Positions 1 to 11,399 of a DNA stretch of 64,000 nucleotides are shown in pieces; positions within the stretch are counted from its first letter, which is position 1; every line of letters begins with the position of its first letter. Where the stretch lies: NCBI RefSeq assembly GCF_030144855.1, contig NC_082722.1:1922001-1986000 (forward strand), written 5' to 3'. This stretch comes from Hypanus sabinus. Lineage: Eukaryota. The position numbers were made by a program, and so were the translations under genes. Below the pieces are notes generated by a model. That model worked only from the letters and a program-made list of their open reading frames with translations, made no database searches and was not told the DNA's origin.

Positions 1-378
1 ACATTATCTACAACACCACCAACCTTTGTGTCGTCTGCAAACTTGCCAAACCACCCTTCTACCCCCACATCCAGGTCGTTAATAAAATACACAAAAAGTC
101 GAGGTCCCAGAACAGATCCTTGTGGGACACCACTAGTCTCAACCCTCCAATCTGAATGTACTCCCTCCACCACGTCTCTCTGCCTTCTGCAGGCAAGCCA
201 ATTCTGAATCCATCTGGCCAAACTTCCTTGGATCCCATGCCTTCTGAATTTCTGGATAAGCCTACCGTGTGGAACCTTGTCAACTGCCTTACTAAAATCC
301 ATGTAGATCACATCCACTACACTACCCTCATCTATATGCCTGGTCACCTCCTCAAAGAACTCTATCAGGCTTGTTAGG
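1..378 (-). mobile_element. CR1 LINE ORF2 (RT) fragment, cut by window edge
   Basis: Reverse strand matches the CR1 RT region ([15 protein letters not shown]-type motifs); near-identical to copies at 33.1-33.7 kb and 62.1-62.5 kb. Confidence 0.85.
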
Positions 379-385
379 CTTGTTA

Positions 386-1240
386 TCCTCTGCAACTTCT
401 GCCACATTCAACAGGACCCCACCACCAAGAACATCTTTCCCTCTCTACCACCCTCTGCATTTCGCAGGGATCTTTCCCTCCGCAACTGCCTGATCCACAC
501 GTCCCTCCCCGCAGTTCTCCCACCTGGTACTTATCCCTGCTAGCGCAAGTGCTACACCTGTCCCTATACCTCCTCCCTTACCACCATTCAGGGCCCCGAC
601 CAATCCTTCCAGGTGAGGCAACACTTCACTTGTGAATCTGTTGGGGTAATCTGTTGCATCCGGTGCTCCCGGTGCGGCCTCCTCTACATCGGCGAGACCT
701 GACGCAGATTGGGGGACCGCTTCGTCGAGCACCTCTGCTCAGTCCGTCACAACAAACAGGATTTCCCGGTTGCCACCCACTTCAACTGTGCTTCACATTC
801 CCATTCGGATATGTCCATACATGGCCTCCTCTACTGCCATGATGAGGCCAAACTCAGGTTGGAGGAGGAGCACCTCATGTACCGTCTGGGTAGTCTCCAA
901 CCCTTGGTATGAACATCGAATTCTCCAACTTCCGGTAATTCCCTCCCTCTCCCTTCCACCATCCCACTTTCAATATGTCGCCTCTTCTAGCTGCCTATCA
1001 CCTCTCTCATGAATCTGCTTTCTTCTACTACCCATAATGCTTTCCCCTTACATTCCTTGTACACCTCTCCTGCCTATCCCCTCCCCAACCCCTTGAGCTT
1101 TCCTCTGATTGTTTTTTTACTCTGCCCCCACGTTCTTCATGGGGCCCCTGCCCCCTCCTTCTTTACTCCTGACGAAGGGTCTCGGCCCGAAACGTTGACT
1201 GCACATGTCAACGGATGCTGCCTGACCTGCTGAGTTCATC
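386..1240 (+). mobile_element. Penelope-like element, 3' part (GIY-YIG endonuclease remnant, pyrimidine-rich 3' region, hammerhead-like motif)
   Basis: Frames give YIGET..R.LGDRF.EHL.SV and PVA.HFN..SHS GIY-YIG motifs; ends in the conserved CTGACGAAGGGTCTCGGCCCGAAACG terminus. Confidence 0.85.
1164..1201 (+). ncRNA. Minimal type I hammerhead ribozyme-like motif in Penelope terminus
   Basis: TACTC-CTGACGA-A-GGGTCTCGGCCC-GAAAC-GTT-GACTG: CUGANGA and GAAA cores, GGGU/GCCC stem II, palindromic ACGU stem III; stem I carries a mismatch. Confidence 0.6.
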
Positions 1241-2808
1241 CTGATTTTAAGTCCAATCAACCCTCTCTGGCTCGATTTCAGCTTGTACTTCATTAATTAA
1301 AAAGCGGGTTTTCCGTACTCCTGACACCAGAGATGTTGTTTATAAGAGAGGCAATACTTCCCCAACTCTGTACTAAATCATGCCAGCAAGAAATTAAAAG
1401 CTTGCACTGTTATTACGTGCATCACGTGGCTAGTAACCTTTAGTGAATAATATATAACGGCATTTAGATCTTTCTATGACTTAAGAATTTGCAAGCTTTC
1501 ACATATTTGCTGACAAAATAAACAAAATTTGACAAGAGTTGAAGTAACTGACACAGATACGTGTCTCGATATTTGGTTAGCTCTGAAAATCCGACAGCAC
1601 AATCAGCCACAAGAGTTGTGTTGATCAAAAGTTAGTTTCATGAATTATGTATAGCTTGTTCAGTATTCACTGAAGTAGACTGTCTTTGGACAGGCAACAG
1701 AGGATACAACAACATTCTAACCAAATATATAGATTCAACAAGGAACAGATTATGTTGGTGAGATTGCTACTGTCGTCAAAGGTCGAGTGCACAAACACCT
1801 ATCATCTTTGGGAGGGACTCACATGTTTCTTTATAAGCTATCATGAAGGGGACCAGGACGACAATGCTTGGTTGTTGGCAGGTAGGGTTAATACCTGATT
1901 TTCAAGAACACGTGTGCGTTATTCTGCGGCTGGACTTAGTCCTTAAACTGCTGGAGAACACTTTGGAAATATCAGGTGCTGTTTTCTCCCGGTAGGGACA
2001 GGTTTTTAATTCCGATTGCTCCTGTCACGTTTTGTCACCCTGTAACCTTATCCTTCAGTCTCTATGAATTATGGAGGACAGCATGTGTATACATGTTTCA
2101 CTCCAGCAAACTTCTTCATGATCATCTTGACTCCAGTATTTCTACAATTTTTGATGTTTCTTAATTGTACATATCATTTTTTTATTTTTTATGTTCTATC
2201 GCTGAACAGCAATGAACCATCTGATTGGCCTATCAGAGTTCCTTTTGGGAACTAGTTGACTTGATCAGCATTTCTGATCTGGCTATTGTTCACGATTGCA
2301 CTTAATAATAAATATAATTAAACTAACGTGGATCTCTATTGTGAGTATGCATGTAATATTTTATCCATTTATTTTTATTATGTAGACCCAATTGGATGGA
2401 ACTCACTGAATGCGAGATCTCTCTTTAAAACCAACTTTCCTCTTCTGATTTTCAACTTGACCAGTGTATGTTTTGTAAGAGACTTCGATGTTTTGTAAGA
2501 CATTTCAAAATATCTTGGTTTAACCTGTAGTGATCGTCACGCCTCTGCTCCATTCTAGCCTATCGGATTAAATTCCCAAATTTCATACCCTGTGCTTATA
2601 GGTCTGAAGATTAAACGCCTGCCCCTCCGTCAGAAAGAAGAATAGTTACGATGTGGAATGAAACCATACTGCAGATTGCGTCTGAGTGAAGGCAATGGTA
2701 CAGCGACAATGGTACAATGGCAATGGCTAAACAACTAAGTTGCACCAATCGTATCACTACCTGCCTTTAGGCTGTGTGTTTACATCCTTAAACGTAGTAT
2801 GAAAGAGA

Positions 2809-2815
2809 CGGAAGT
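2809..2815 (+). promoter_or_regulatory. Candidate ETS-family site (CGGAAGT) upstream of gene 1
   Basis: Consensus ETS core about 140 bp upstream of the leader ATG; a short motif only, so it could be chance. Confidence 0.3.
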
Positions 2816-2955
2816 CAATTGGTTTTATGTTCAGGTTATCCTCACATCACTCTCTTAAGATCAATCGCGCTGCTGAAAACACTTTAAGTGTCATGTGTCG
2901 CAACATTCCAGACGGTTGTGTCAAGACGTCGAATTTTGTCAGTTCTATTTCAAAA

Positions 2956-3001
2956 ATGCATCTTCCTTTGTTATTAGCGATCTTCAACATTATTTATCCA
3001 G
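2956..3001 (+). CDS. VJ-C1 receptor gene 1, leader exon (MHLPLLLAIFNIIYP, phase 1)
   Basis: ATG with A at -3, hydrophobic 15 codons plus 1 nt, donor G|GTAAAG at 3002; 46 nt, the same length as the gene 2 leader. Confidence 0.8.
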
Positions 3002-3349
3002 GTAAAGTGTACGTTTTCCTACCTCTCTTGTGGAAAAAAGTAAACAGAAAAGTTATCCAGCGCTGGAAACTTAACATCACTTTAATATTGCATTTTTTTG
3101 AAATATTTATTTTAATTGCCGATCGCTCATTCGACGCCATACAATTAGCGGCCCTAATGTGAAATGAGTATTAGTAAAAAAAAAGGCGTTGCGGCTGTTA
3201 GCACGTGGTAGCTGGCAAAATAAGCTAATATTAGGATGTGCAAAAAACAGGAGTTCTATCCTCATGTACCTATGCTTGAAAATTAAATGTTCGTTCACGT
3301 ACTGTGTATCTCCGGCTATATGTATTAATTTCCATTGTTTACCACACAG

Positions 3350-3670
3350 CCGTTACAGAAGTACCGAGCAACGTTTTTCAACTCCCTGTCAGCATCAATG
3401 TGATCACTGGTGGAAGCGTCACTTTCTATTGTGCTTTCCCACTCCTCCAAGACAACTCAGATCTAAATATTTTCTGGTGGAAACTAGGGGAAAACAATTT
3501 TCTGCAGACTCGGTTGGACAGCGGGAGATATGTTTCTACTTTGAGTAAAGGGGAGGCTACCTTTCAGCTCATGAACGTCAATGCCACGGACACTGGAGTA
3601 TATTATTGTGGGGTGAAGCGTCGAGATAATCCACTAGTAAATGGAACTGGGTCAAAGCTCATGGTCCATG
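3350..3670 (+). CDS. VJ-C1 receptor gene 1, germline-joined V(J) Ig domain exon
   Basis: Acceptor CACAG|3350, donor CATG|GTAAGC 3671, phase 1-1; B-strand TFYC, C-strand FWWK, DTGVYYC, J-like NGTGSKLMV. Confidence 0.93.
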
Positions 3671-4839
3671 GTAAGCAGAAATTATTAAAGTTCATAAAGT
3701 TCACTTCGATTTCTGTTTTAATTACGACATACATTTTATGCAAAACAAAATGCATCCGGGTTGTCTTCCCCATATAAGTTGTCTGGCTTTCTTAGTGTTT
3801 CTGGAATATTATTTTTTATTGTTTCACTCTTCTGTAACAGCAATGTTTTTGATCTGAGAGTTGAAAGCTAAATTGGCATTTGCAAATTGCTGGGAATGCA
3901 ATATAGGGTTCGGCATGGCATCTTTTATATATTTGACTGAAAATAATTCGCATTCAGATTTGTTTCTGAACGAATCATGAATACCTTTGTCAATCAAATT
4001 TGATCTCACTTTTTTGATTCTTGGTTTCTGGAATAATGGTGGTGTAATAAAATCAAAAGAATGTCTTACACCAAACCTTTAACAGAAATTCCAAAGGAAC
4101 ACAGTCAGAAGATAGTGCGGTGTTCTTGGTGCAGTGTAGCGGCAGTTTGTTGCTTGTATTATTTTTCTTCCAACTGAAGGGGTGAGTGTTGTGTAATCTC
4201 TTTTACTCATCTCACATTAGATATAGATTCAAATAACGACATTTTCCGTTGTATTCTAATGCTTCAAAGTCTACGATTTTCTTATTTGCAGGGCATCATT
4301 TAGTTTTTTCATCTTCATATTTTTTTGCTCCTGAACCATATCTGCAACACCATAAAAAAGAACTCCTACTCTCCCAAATACCTTTAGCTGTGTGATGAAA
4401 AACGTATTTATCAAATTACATGAAATATTGTATCTATACCGATTTTTCCACGATCATTTCCAACATTTACCTCATAGTTTAACCCTCTTCTTTGGCAATC
4501 CCACCTTCTTTGACGTTACAGCTTGTTTGATGTGACCTTGAAACTCTTTTAAATTTACGATCCCGCCTATAGGTGCCATTATTATCTATTTGAACATTTC
4601 AGGGCATCGAAATTAAAAATGAAATAATATTATTAATTTACAATTATCTCACCACTTATAGGCAAACAATGTTTATTCCTGCGCAGATATTTAAAGGAAA
4701 ACCCAGTAATGTTGTTAGTGTCACCGTTGATGAAATGTATATGATGTCAATTTGCTTTTACCGAGGAAAGATTTAAATATTTTCTTCAATTTTTGGTTAA
4801 ATAATTCTGTTATGAATAAATATTTAACTTGTTCTGCAG

Positions 4840-5148
4840 TTCCACCGACCCCATTACGAATTACTTACAATGAAGTCAAACAAAATGGATCTGTCTTTCC
4901 CACAATTATATGCAAAACTCCTGAATTCTACCCTGATGAGATAAATATTACTTGGTACAAGGATGGTCTGACCATCGAGACTGGTATAACTACGAGAAAA
5001 GTGGTAAACATAAATGGCCGCTATGAAGTTACCAGCATTCTGGTAGAGGAGGAATCTGTCAAGAGCGGGACTATTTACACTTGTCAGGCAAGTCATTCTA
5101 CAATCAAAACGGCGACGGACTTCCAATTTATGTCAACGACCACAGAAG
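4840..5148 (+). CDS. VJ-C1 receptor gene 1, C1-set Ig domain exon
   Basis: Acceptor TTCTGCAG|4840, donor AAG|GTAAAC 5149, phase 1-1; C1 motifs IIC, FYPDEINITWYKDG, YTCQASH. Confidence 0.93.
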
Positions 5149-5361
5149 GTAAACATTGAATTCTGTTAACCATTAGCCACGTCTCTGAAACAAACTTTTC
5201 GAATATTTGGAACGCATTGTCGCACTACTGTTTGGTAAATAACAGTATCTTCCTAAGGGCTGCGCCTATGCTGGAAAGGGAGGCTGTAATTCGAAACCGA
5301 TGAAGCAAAATCAGTTAAAATGTTAATTTTGAAGAAAAGTTTAATTTGTGCTGCACTGAAT

Positions 5362-5480
5362 GGGGTGTCGCGGTAGGGTTACTATAAGCGTAACACTTGT
5401 AGGGCGCCAGCTGTAATATTAATGTTCGATATCCGCCACTGTCCGCGTTTAGCCCGTGGCCTCGTGCATCACCTTTCATT
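5362..5480 (+). mobile_element. Degraded tRNA-derived SINE head in intron
   Basis: Weak box A/box B-like sequence (CGCGGTAG...GTTCGATATCC) followed by GCCACTGTC; heavily decayed. Confidence 0.35.
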
Positions 5481-6065
5481 TCATACCTTTCATCGACGCG
5501 TAGTGAAAGTTACTAAGTTATGGGTATGCTGGTTTGACAACAATTGGGCTCTACAGCACAGGTCTCGCTGATTTATCTTGGTTAAGATGAATGCCCCGAG
5601 GAAATCTACCAAAAATGGATTTGTACAGTCATGGGCAATATACTACCGATGCACGACGCCTGCCGAACCAGTCCATGTCGATTACCGAGCTAATTCCAAA
5701 TTTCTGCGTTTGCTACCCGCAGTCCCATCCCCTCTGTATGCACATTAAAATGTTTTGTAAACGATGCTATTTTACCTGCCTCAGCTATTTACTCTAATAG
5801 ATTATTCAATATAGGTACCATCCTCCGTGTAAAAAAAAATGACCTTGTGTTTTAAAATCTTTCTCCTGTCGTTCTAAATTTATGCAGCAGAGCTTTGGAG
5901 ATCCTAATTCTGGGGAACACGCATTTAGTCTCAGGTAATGCCGAATAAAATATCTAACAACTCTAGGCATGTTAGCAACTTCCGCATATGCAAATACCCA
6001 AAGACGAGTCCAGAGGTGCGAAGTTATACTTTTCCATAACATTATTCTTCAATGATTCGTTGCAG

Positions 6066-6095
6066 TTCCCTTGCAGAAATTCACAACGTACAATG
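6066..6095 (+). CDS. VJ-C1 receptor gene 1, 30-nt connecting-peptide exon ((V)PLQKFTTYN)
   Basis: Acceptor TTCGTTGCAG|6066 and strong donor AATG|GTATGT at 6096; phase 1-1 keeps frame between the C1 and TM exons. Confidence 0.65.
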
Positions 6096-6269
6096 GTATG
6101 TTCAGGTCTCTGTGTCGATTGTTGGTGGATTGCTCTATCTTTTTACCTCTCCCACAAAGAAATGCGTCTTTCTCCCCTATTCACCACACTATTCGTATCT
6201 TTTCTTTGTTTTTTTTTTCCCCAGATTTTCAGTTTCTAAAAAGTAATTATCAATTTATATGTTTCCTAG

Positions 6270-6373
6270 CAGCGCGATCATCTCAAGTCAGTAATCTGAT
6301 TCGATTTCTGCTGGGGCTGTTCCTAATAATAGTGGGGATCGTGCTCATCGTCAATTATTTGCAATCATCCTAA
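6270..6373 (+). CDS. VJ-C1 receptor gene 1, TM exon (AARSSQVSNLIRFLLGLFLIIVGIVLIVNYLQSS*)
   Basis: Tandem acceptors TAG|CAG| at 6269/6272, both phase 1; hydrophobic span preceded by Arg; stop at 6371-6373; exon continues to donor AAG|GTAAAC at 6382. Confidence 0.8.
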
Positions 6374-6480
6374 ATCAAAAGGTAAACATTTCGCAATAAT
6401 GAATAGAAGTGATAAGCCATGAATGAATTATTGGTGTTAGTTATTTGTGACCTTAATTAGATCATTTTTTTCTCTCCTAG

Positions 6481-6830
6481 ATAGTGGAATTGTCTTCATT
6501 AGTTGACATTTCAGATCCATCTTGGTGTTCATAACAAGATACTAACAGCATAATAAAGATCTGAAATGGTCTTTAATGATCTTTCAGACTGTCATTCTAT
6601 GTTCTTTTCTGAAATAACACACCGATTCCGATGTCGTGGATATAGATCTCTCGGGAACAGTTTTCCACATAGCATGTTCTACTGCATGGCTAGTCTAGCA
6701 ACTCTACAATAGTTTCGTGTATTATTGTAGACTGTATTCCCTCCTGTAGTGGGTTCACTGCTCAGATCACCAATAATTTTATCTCTCCTGTATCGATATA
6801 GTTATCGCTATAAATAAAACGGGTTCCGAA
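6481..6830 (+). other. VJ-C1 receptor gene 1, non-coding 3'UTR exon
   Basis: Strong acceptor TTTTTTTCTCTCCTAG|6481; AATAAA at 6552 and 6813. Confidence 0.6.
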
Positions 6831-6984
6831 ATATTTTATGTATACAGCTATTTTTGTATATTAAATCTGGGAGGCGAAGCGAAGTTAAGTTGGCGCTGAA
6901 CGGCGAACTCTTTGCTTACATCTTCGAATATAGCTCTTATTTCCATCTTCACATGTTTATTTTTCCCTTTCAAGGTTCTTTTGA

Positions 6985-7530
6985 AGACCCTGATCTGGAG
7001 TTACACGCAGACGTCGGATCCCGGGACCCGTTCTCGGGGTTTCTGGACTGGCCATTGCTCGGCACAGAGTTCGAGAAAAGCGACGTAACGGACTTTTAAC
7101 ATCCTAAGCCAGCGGGTTGTTTGTTGTGTCTCCCCGCTCACAGGGAAAATGGAGATACCTCCTTCCCCATTATTAGGGAGAGACAGAACCTGTGGGATGT
7201 CGAATGCCGGGTGAAACGCGAAGTCTTTGGGGTAACCGCAAGTCTGTGTCTTCGCTATTGCTTTGTTCACACTTGAGTGCTCGGTGAAGGTATTGATGCT
7301 CGTGTTTTTGCCGGTGGGGGGAATTGCTGCTGTACGGGGATTGTTGTACGATGCTGCTTACATGCGGGAGGGCGGGGAGCTGTGGGGTCTTTGAGGTTCT
7401 TTCCTTTAACTGTCGTTCATTCTTTGGGGCATTTCTCTACTTTTGTGGATGTTTGCGAAGAAAAAAAAACATTTCAGGATGTATATTGTATGGATTTCTC
7501 TGATATTAAATTGGATCTTTGAACCTCTGA
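6985..7530 (+). mobile_element. Unclassified non-autonomous interspersed repeat with LINE-like 3' tail
   Basis: GC-richer block without a coding signature, ending in ATTAAATTGGATCTTTGAACC, which resembles LINE 3' ends; family not identifiable by eye. Confidence 0.35.
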
Positions 7531-7851
7531 GTTATTTTGTAATTCTGACTATTAACCGGACTTGAGAAGCAGCCGAGTCCAGAAGTTAATCTGTTTCAGG
7601 AAGCACTTCCTTGTCCTTTGATTAATTAAAAGTCACCGCAGTTCCTGATTTGCGACCTGCTGCTTAAACGTAACCAGAAATATCTTGAAAGCTATCTCAA
7701 AAACCTATTCTTTGATGCCTGGAATTGTCACAGGCTTCAGCGGCGCTGTAATAGCAACGATATTTCCATTACAGCGTGATTGACGTGGCTATGGCGCTCA
7801 CTTTATGTATAATAGACAAATATTTAAGTTATATTTTATATCCAGGAGGAG

Positions 7852-9860
7852 AAGATCAAGTCAAGTCACTTTTTATTGTCATTTCGACCATAACTGCTGG
7901 TACAGTACATAATAAAAATGAGACAACAGTTTTTTTTCAGGACCATGGTGTTACATGACACGGTACAAAAACTAGACTGAAGTACGTAAAAAACAACACA
8001 GAGAGAAAAAAAACACTACACTAGACTACAGACCTACCGAGGACTGCGTGAAGTGCACAAAACAGCGCAGGCATTACAATAAATAATAATAGATAATAGA
8101 TAATTGGGCGGTAAGGTGTCAGTCCAGGCTCTGGGTATTGAAAAGTCTGATAGCTTTGGGGAAGAAACTGTTACATAGTCTGGTCGTGAGAGCCCGAATG
8201 CTCCGGTGCCTTTTCCCAGACGGCAGGAGGGAGAAGAGTTTGTATAAGGGGTGCGTGGGGTCCTTCATAATGTTTGCTTTTCGGTTGCAGCGTGTAGTGT
8301 AAATGTCCATAATGGCGGGAAGAGAGACCCTAATAATCTTCTCAGTTGACCTCATTATCCGTTTCAGGTCTTGCGATCCGAGATGGTAAAATTTCCGAAC
8401 CAGGCAGTGATGCAGCTGCTCAGGATACTCTCAGCACAACCCCTGTAGAAAGTGATGAGGATGGGGTTGGGAGATCGACTTTCCTCAGTCTTCGCAGAAT
8501 GTTGAGACGATGCTGAGCTTTCTTTGCTACGGAGCTGGTGTTGAGGGACCAGGTGGGATTCTCCACCAGGTGAACACCAAGACATTTGGCGCTCTTAACG
8601 ACCTCTACCAAAAAGCCATCGATGTTCAGCGGGGAGTGGTCGCTCCGTGCCCTCCTGAAGTCAACAGCCATCTCTTTTGTTTTGTTCACATTCGGACAAG
8701 TTATTGGCTCTGCACCAGTCCGTTAGCCGCTGCACCTCCTCTCTGTAAACTGACTCGTCGTTCTTGCTGATGAGACCCACCACGGTTGTGTCATCTGCGA
8801 ACTTGATGATGTGGTTTGAGCTGTGTGTTGCAGCACAGTCGTGGGTCAGCAGAGTGAACAGCAGTGGACTGAGCACACAGCCCTGGGGGCCCCCGTGCTT
8901 AGTGTAATGGTGTTGGAGATGCTGCTCCCGATCCGGACTGACTGAGGTCCCCCGGTCAGGAAGTCTAGTATCCAGTTGCAGAGGGAGGTGTTCAGGCCCA
9001 GTAGGCTCAGCTTTCCAATCAGTTTCTGAGGGGTGATTGTGTTGAATGCTGAACTGAAGTCTATGAACAGCATTCGACCATACGTGTCGTTTTTGTCCAG
9101 GTGCGTTAGGGCCAGGTGGAGGGTGGTTGGCAATGGCGTCGTATGTTGAGCGGTTGGGACGGTACGCAATCTGAAGGGAGTCCAGTGAGGTGGGCACCAG
9201 GGTCTTGCTATGCCTCATGACGTGCTTCTCGAAACACTTCTTGATGATGAAAGTGAGTGCAACGGGACGGTAGTCATTTAGGCGGGACACTGAAGACTTC
9301 TTCGGCACGGGGACGATGGTGGCGGTCTTGAAGCACGTTGGAACGGTGATGGAGAACGGTTCACGGAGATGTTGAAGATGTCACAGAGAACATTGCTCAC
9401 TGGTCTGAGCATTAGGGATGTTGTCTGGTTTAGAAGCCTTCCGTGGGTTGACCCTGCACAGGGTTCTTCTCACACCGGCCAGGGTGAGACACAGCACCCG
9501 GTTATTTGCAGGAGGGGTGGACTTAATCGCCGCCATGTTATTTTCCGCCTCAAAACTGGCCTAGAAGTTATTCAAGCAACGTAAACGAAATGCTGGTGGA
9601 ACGCAGCAGGCCAGGCAGCATCTAGAGGGAGAAGCACTGTCGACGTTTCGGGCCGAGGCACGAATAGTCGGCAGTGCTTCTCGGCCTGCTGCATTTCACC
9701 AGCATTGCTTGAATTTCCAGCATCTGCAGATTTCCTCGTGATTTCGTAGAAGTTATTTAGCGCATCTGGGAGGGAGGCATCACCCGCACAATCAGGTGAT
9801 GTTGTTCTGTAATTGGTGATGTCCTGGATGCCCTTCCACATGCCCTTCCATCGTTGTAAG
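7852..9860 (-). mobile_element. Rex1/Babar-type non-LTR retrotransposon, 5'-truncated and frameshifted
   Basis: [57 protein letters not shown]; short-repeat tail (TTGAC)n at the left end. Confidence 0.9.
9573..9746. mobile_element. 174-bp fold-back Penelope-derived insertion with 11-bp TSD
   Basis: TAGAAGTTATT at 9562-9572 and 9747-9757; arms AATGCTGGTGGAACGCAGCAGGCC / GGCCTGCTGCATTTCACCAGCATT and GAGAAGCACTGTCGAC / GTCGGCAGTGCTTCTC are inverted copies. Confidence 0.8.
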
Positions 9861-10364
9861 ACAACACGTAAGAATGTACTATTCTTCGAAATCCAAAACC
9901 AGCTTTTATTCAAAAGATCACGTTTATATTAACATGTTCTGTTCTTTAATATTCTTTTTTACATAATACGTCATAACATGTGCGATGACTAGCGTTTTGG
10001 AAAGGCGAAGTTCTAAGGTGTCATGCATACTCTTTTTTAATTACCCCTCTTGATTAGGTCAAATTGCATTACAAAGATTTCATGATATGTTCATCATAAA
10101 GTATCGTAGTTTAATCTCTGAGGAAATGACTGACTACTTATTATTGATTTAAATCAATCGCTGAATCCTATCTGAAGATTTCGTTCTATTTTCTCCCAAT
10201 TACTTGTTCATTCCTTCTTGTAGAATTTGATCTGTTCACCCGGTTTACATCACTTCCTACATTGCAAAGCACCTTCTGTTCAAAAAGGTTTCATGGGCGG
10301 TTAAATCTATTTAAATCAACAACTTGTAGAAACTTAGATAATCAGAAACGTTAAACTCTCACAA

Positions 10365-11200
10365 CAATAAATGTGGATTTGTAAGAATTTCGTGGAAAGT
10401 ATTTTTAAAGGCACATAAAAAAATGATTTCCTTATCCGTCACGTCCACATTCCTGTGCGTACGGCCCAAAGCTCCCACACGCTCCTCATATATTAACCGT
10501 TTCATTCCCGAAATCATTATCCTCAATAACCCCACCCCCCCCCCCACCCCGAACTGTCTCCAATGACTGTACATCTTTTCTGAGATAAGGGTCCCAAAAC
10601 TGTTGACAATACTTCAAGTGCGACCTCACTGGTGCCTTATAAACCTTCAGCATTATTTCCCAGTTGTTATATTCTATTCCCCTTGAAACAAATTGCAACA
10701 TTGCATTTGCCTTCTTTAACAAGATAGGCTCAACCTGTGAATTAACCTTTCGGGAGTCTTGCACGAGGACTCCTAAGTCCCTTTGCATCATTGTTGTTTG
10801 AATATTCTCCCCATTTAGATAATAATCTGCATTATAGTTCCTTTTACCAAAATACATTACCACGCATTTCACAGCACAGCATCCCATTGCCACTTTTTTG
10901 CCCATTCTTCAAATTTAACTAAGTCCTGCTTCAATCGCATATCTTCCTCGGTATTCCCCACCCCTCCACTTATATTCGTAACATTCACAAACTTTGCCAC
11001 AAAGTTATTAATTCCATAATCCAAATCATTGGCAAGCAACGTGAAAAGTAACTATCCCAATACTGATCTCTGAGGAAAACCACTGGTCAGTGGCAGACCA
11101 CCAGAAAACGACTCCTTTATGCCCAATCTCTACCTTCTGCCTTTGTCCAATCTAGTATATTTCCTGTACCACAATAGTATTTTATCTTGTAAAACATCCT
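10365..11200 (-). mobile_element. CR1 LINE RT C-terminal fragments
   Basis: KCVVMYFGKRN, QRDLGVLV, KKANAML, VRSHLKYC.QFW.PYLRKD on the minus strand. Confidence 0.8.
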
Positions 11201-11399
11201 CTTGTGGTGTGTCCGCATGGGGCAGTGTTGGGGCAACTTTTTATGCTGTATATCGGTGATGTATATCCATGGCTTTCTTGACAGGTTTGCAGATGCCAAC
11301 ATTGCATTTGCCTTCTTTACTGTAGACTCAACCTGTGAATTAATCTTCCGGGAGATAGTTGGAGGGGTAGGTGGTGTTGTAATAACACGTAGATTGAGA

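Noticed and set aside
6052-6246. ORF-track frame EIHNVQWYVQVSVSIVGGLLYLF as a gene 1 TM exon
   Set aside because: No usable donor after the hydrophobic stretch; the strong GTATGT donor at 6096 fits the 6066 acceptor in another frame.
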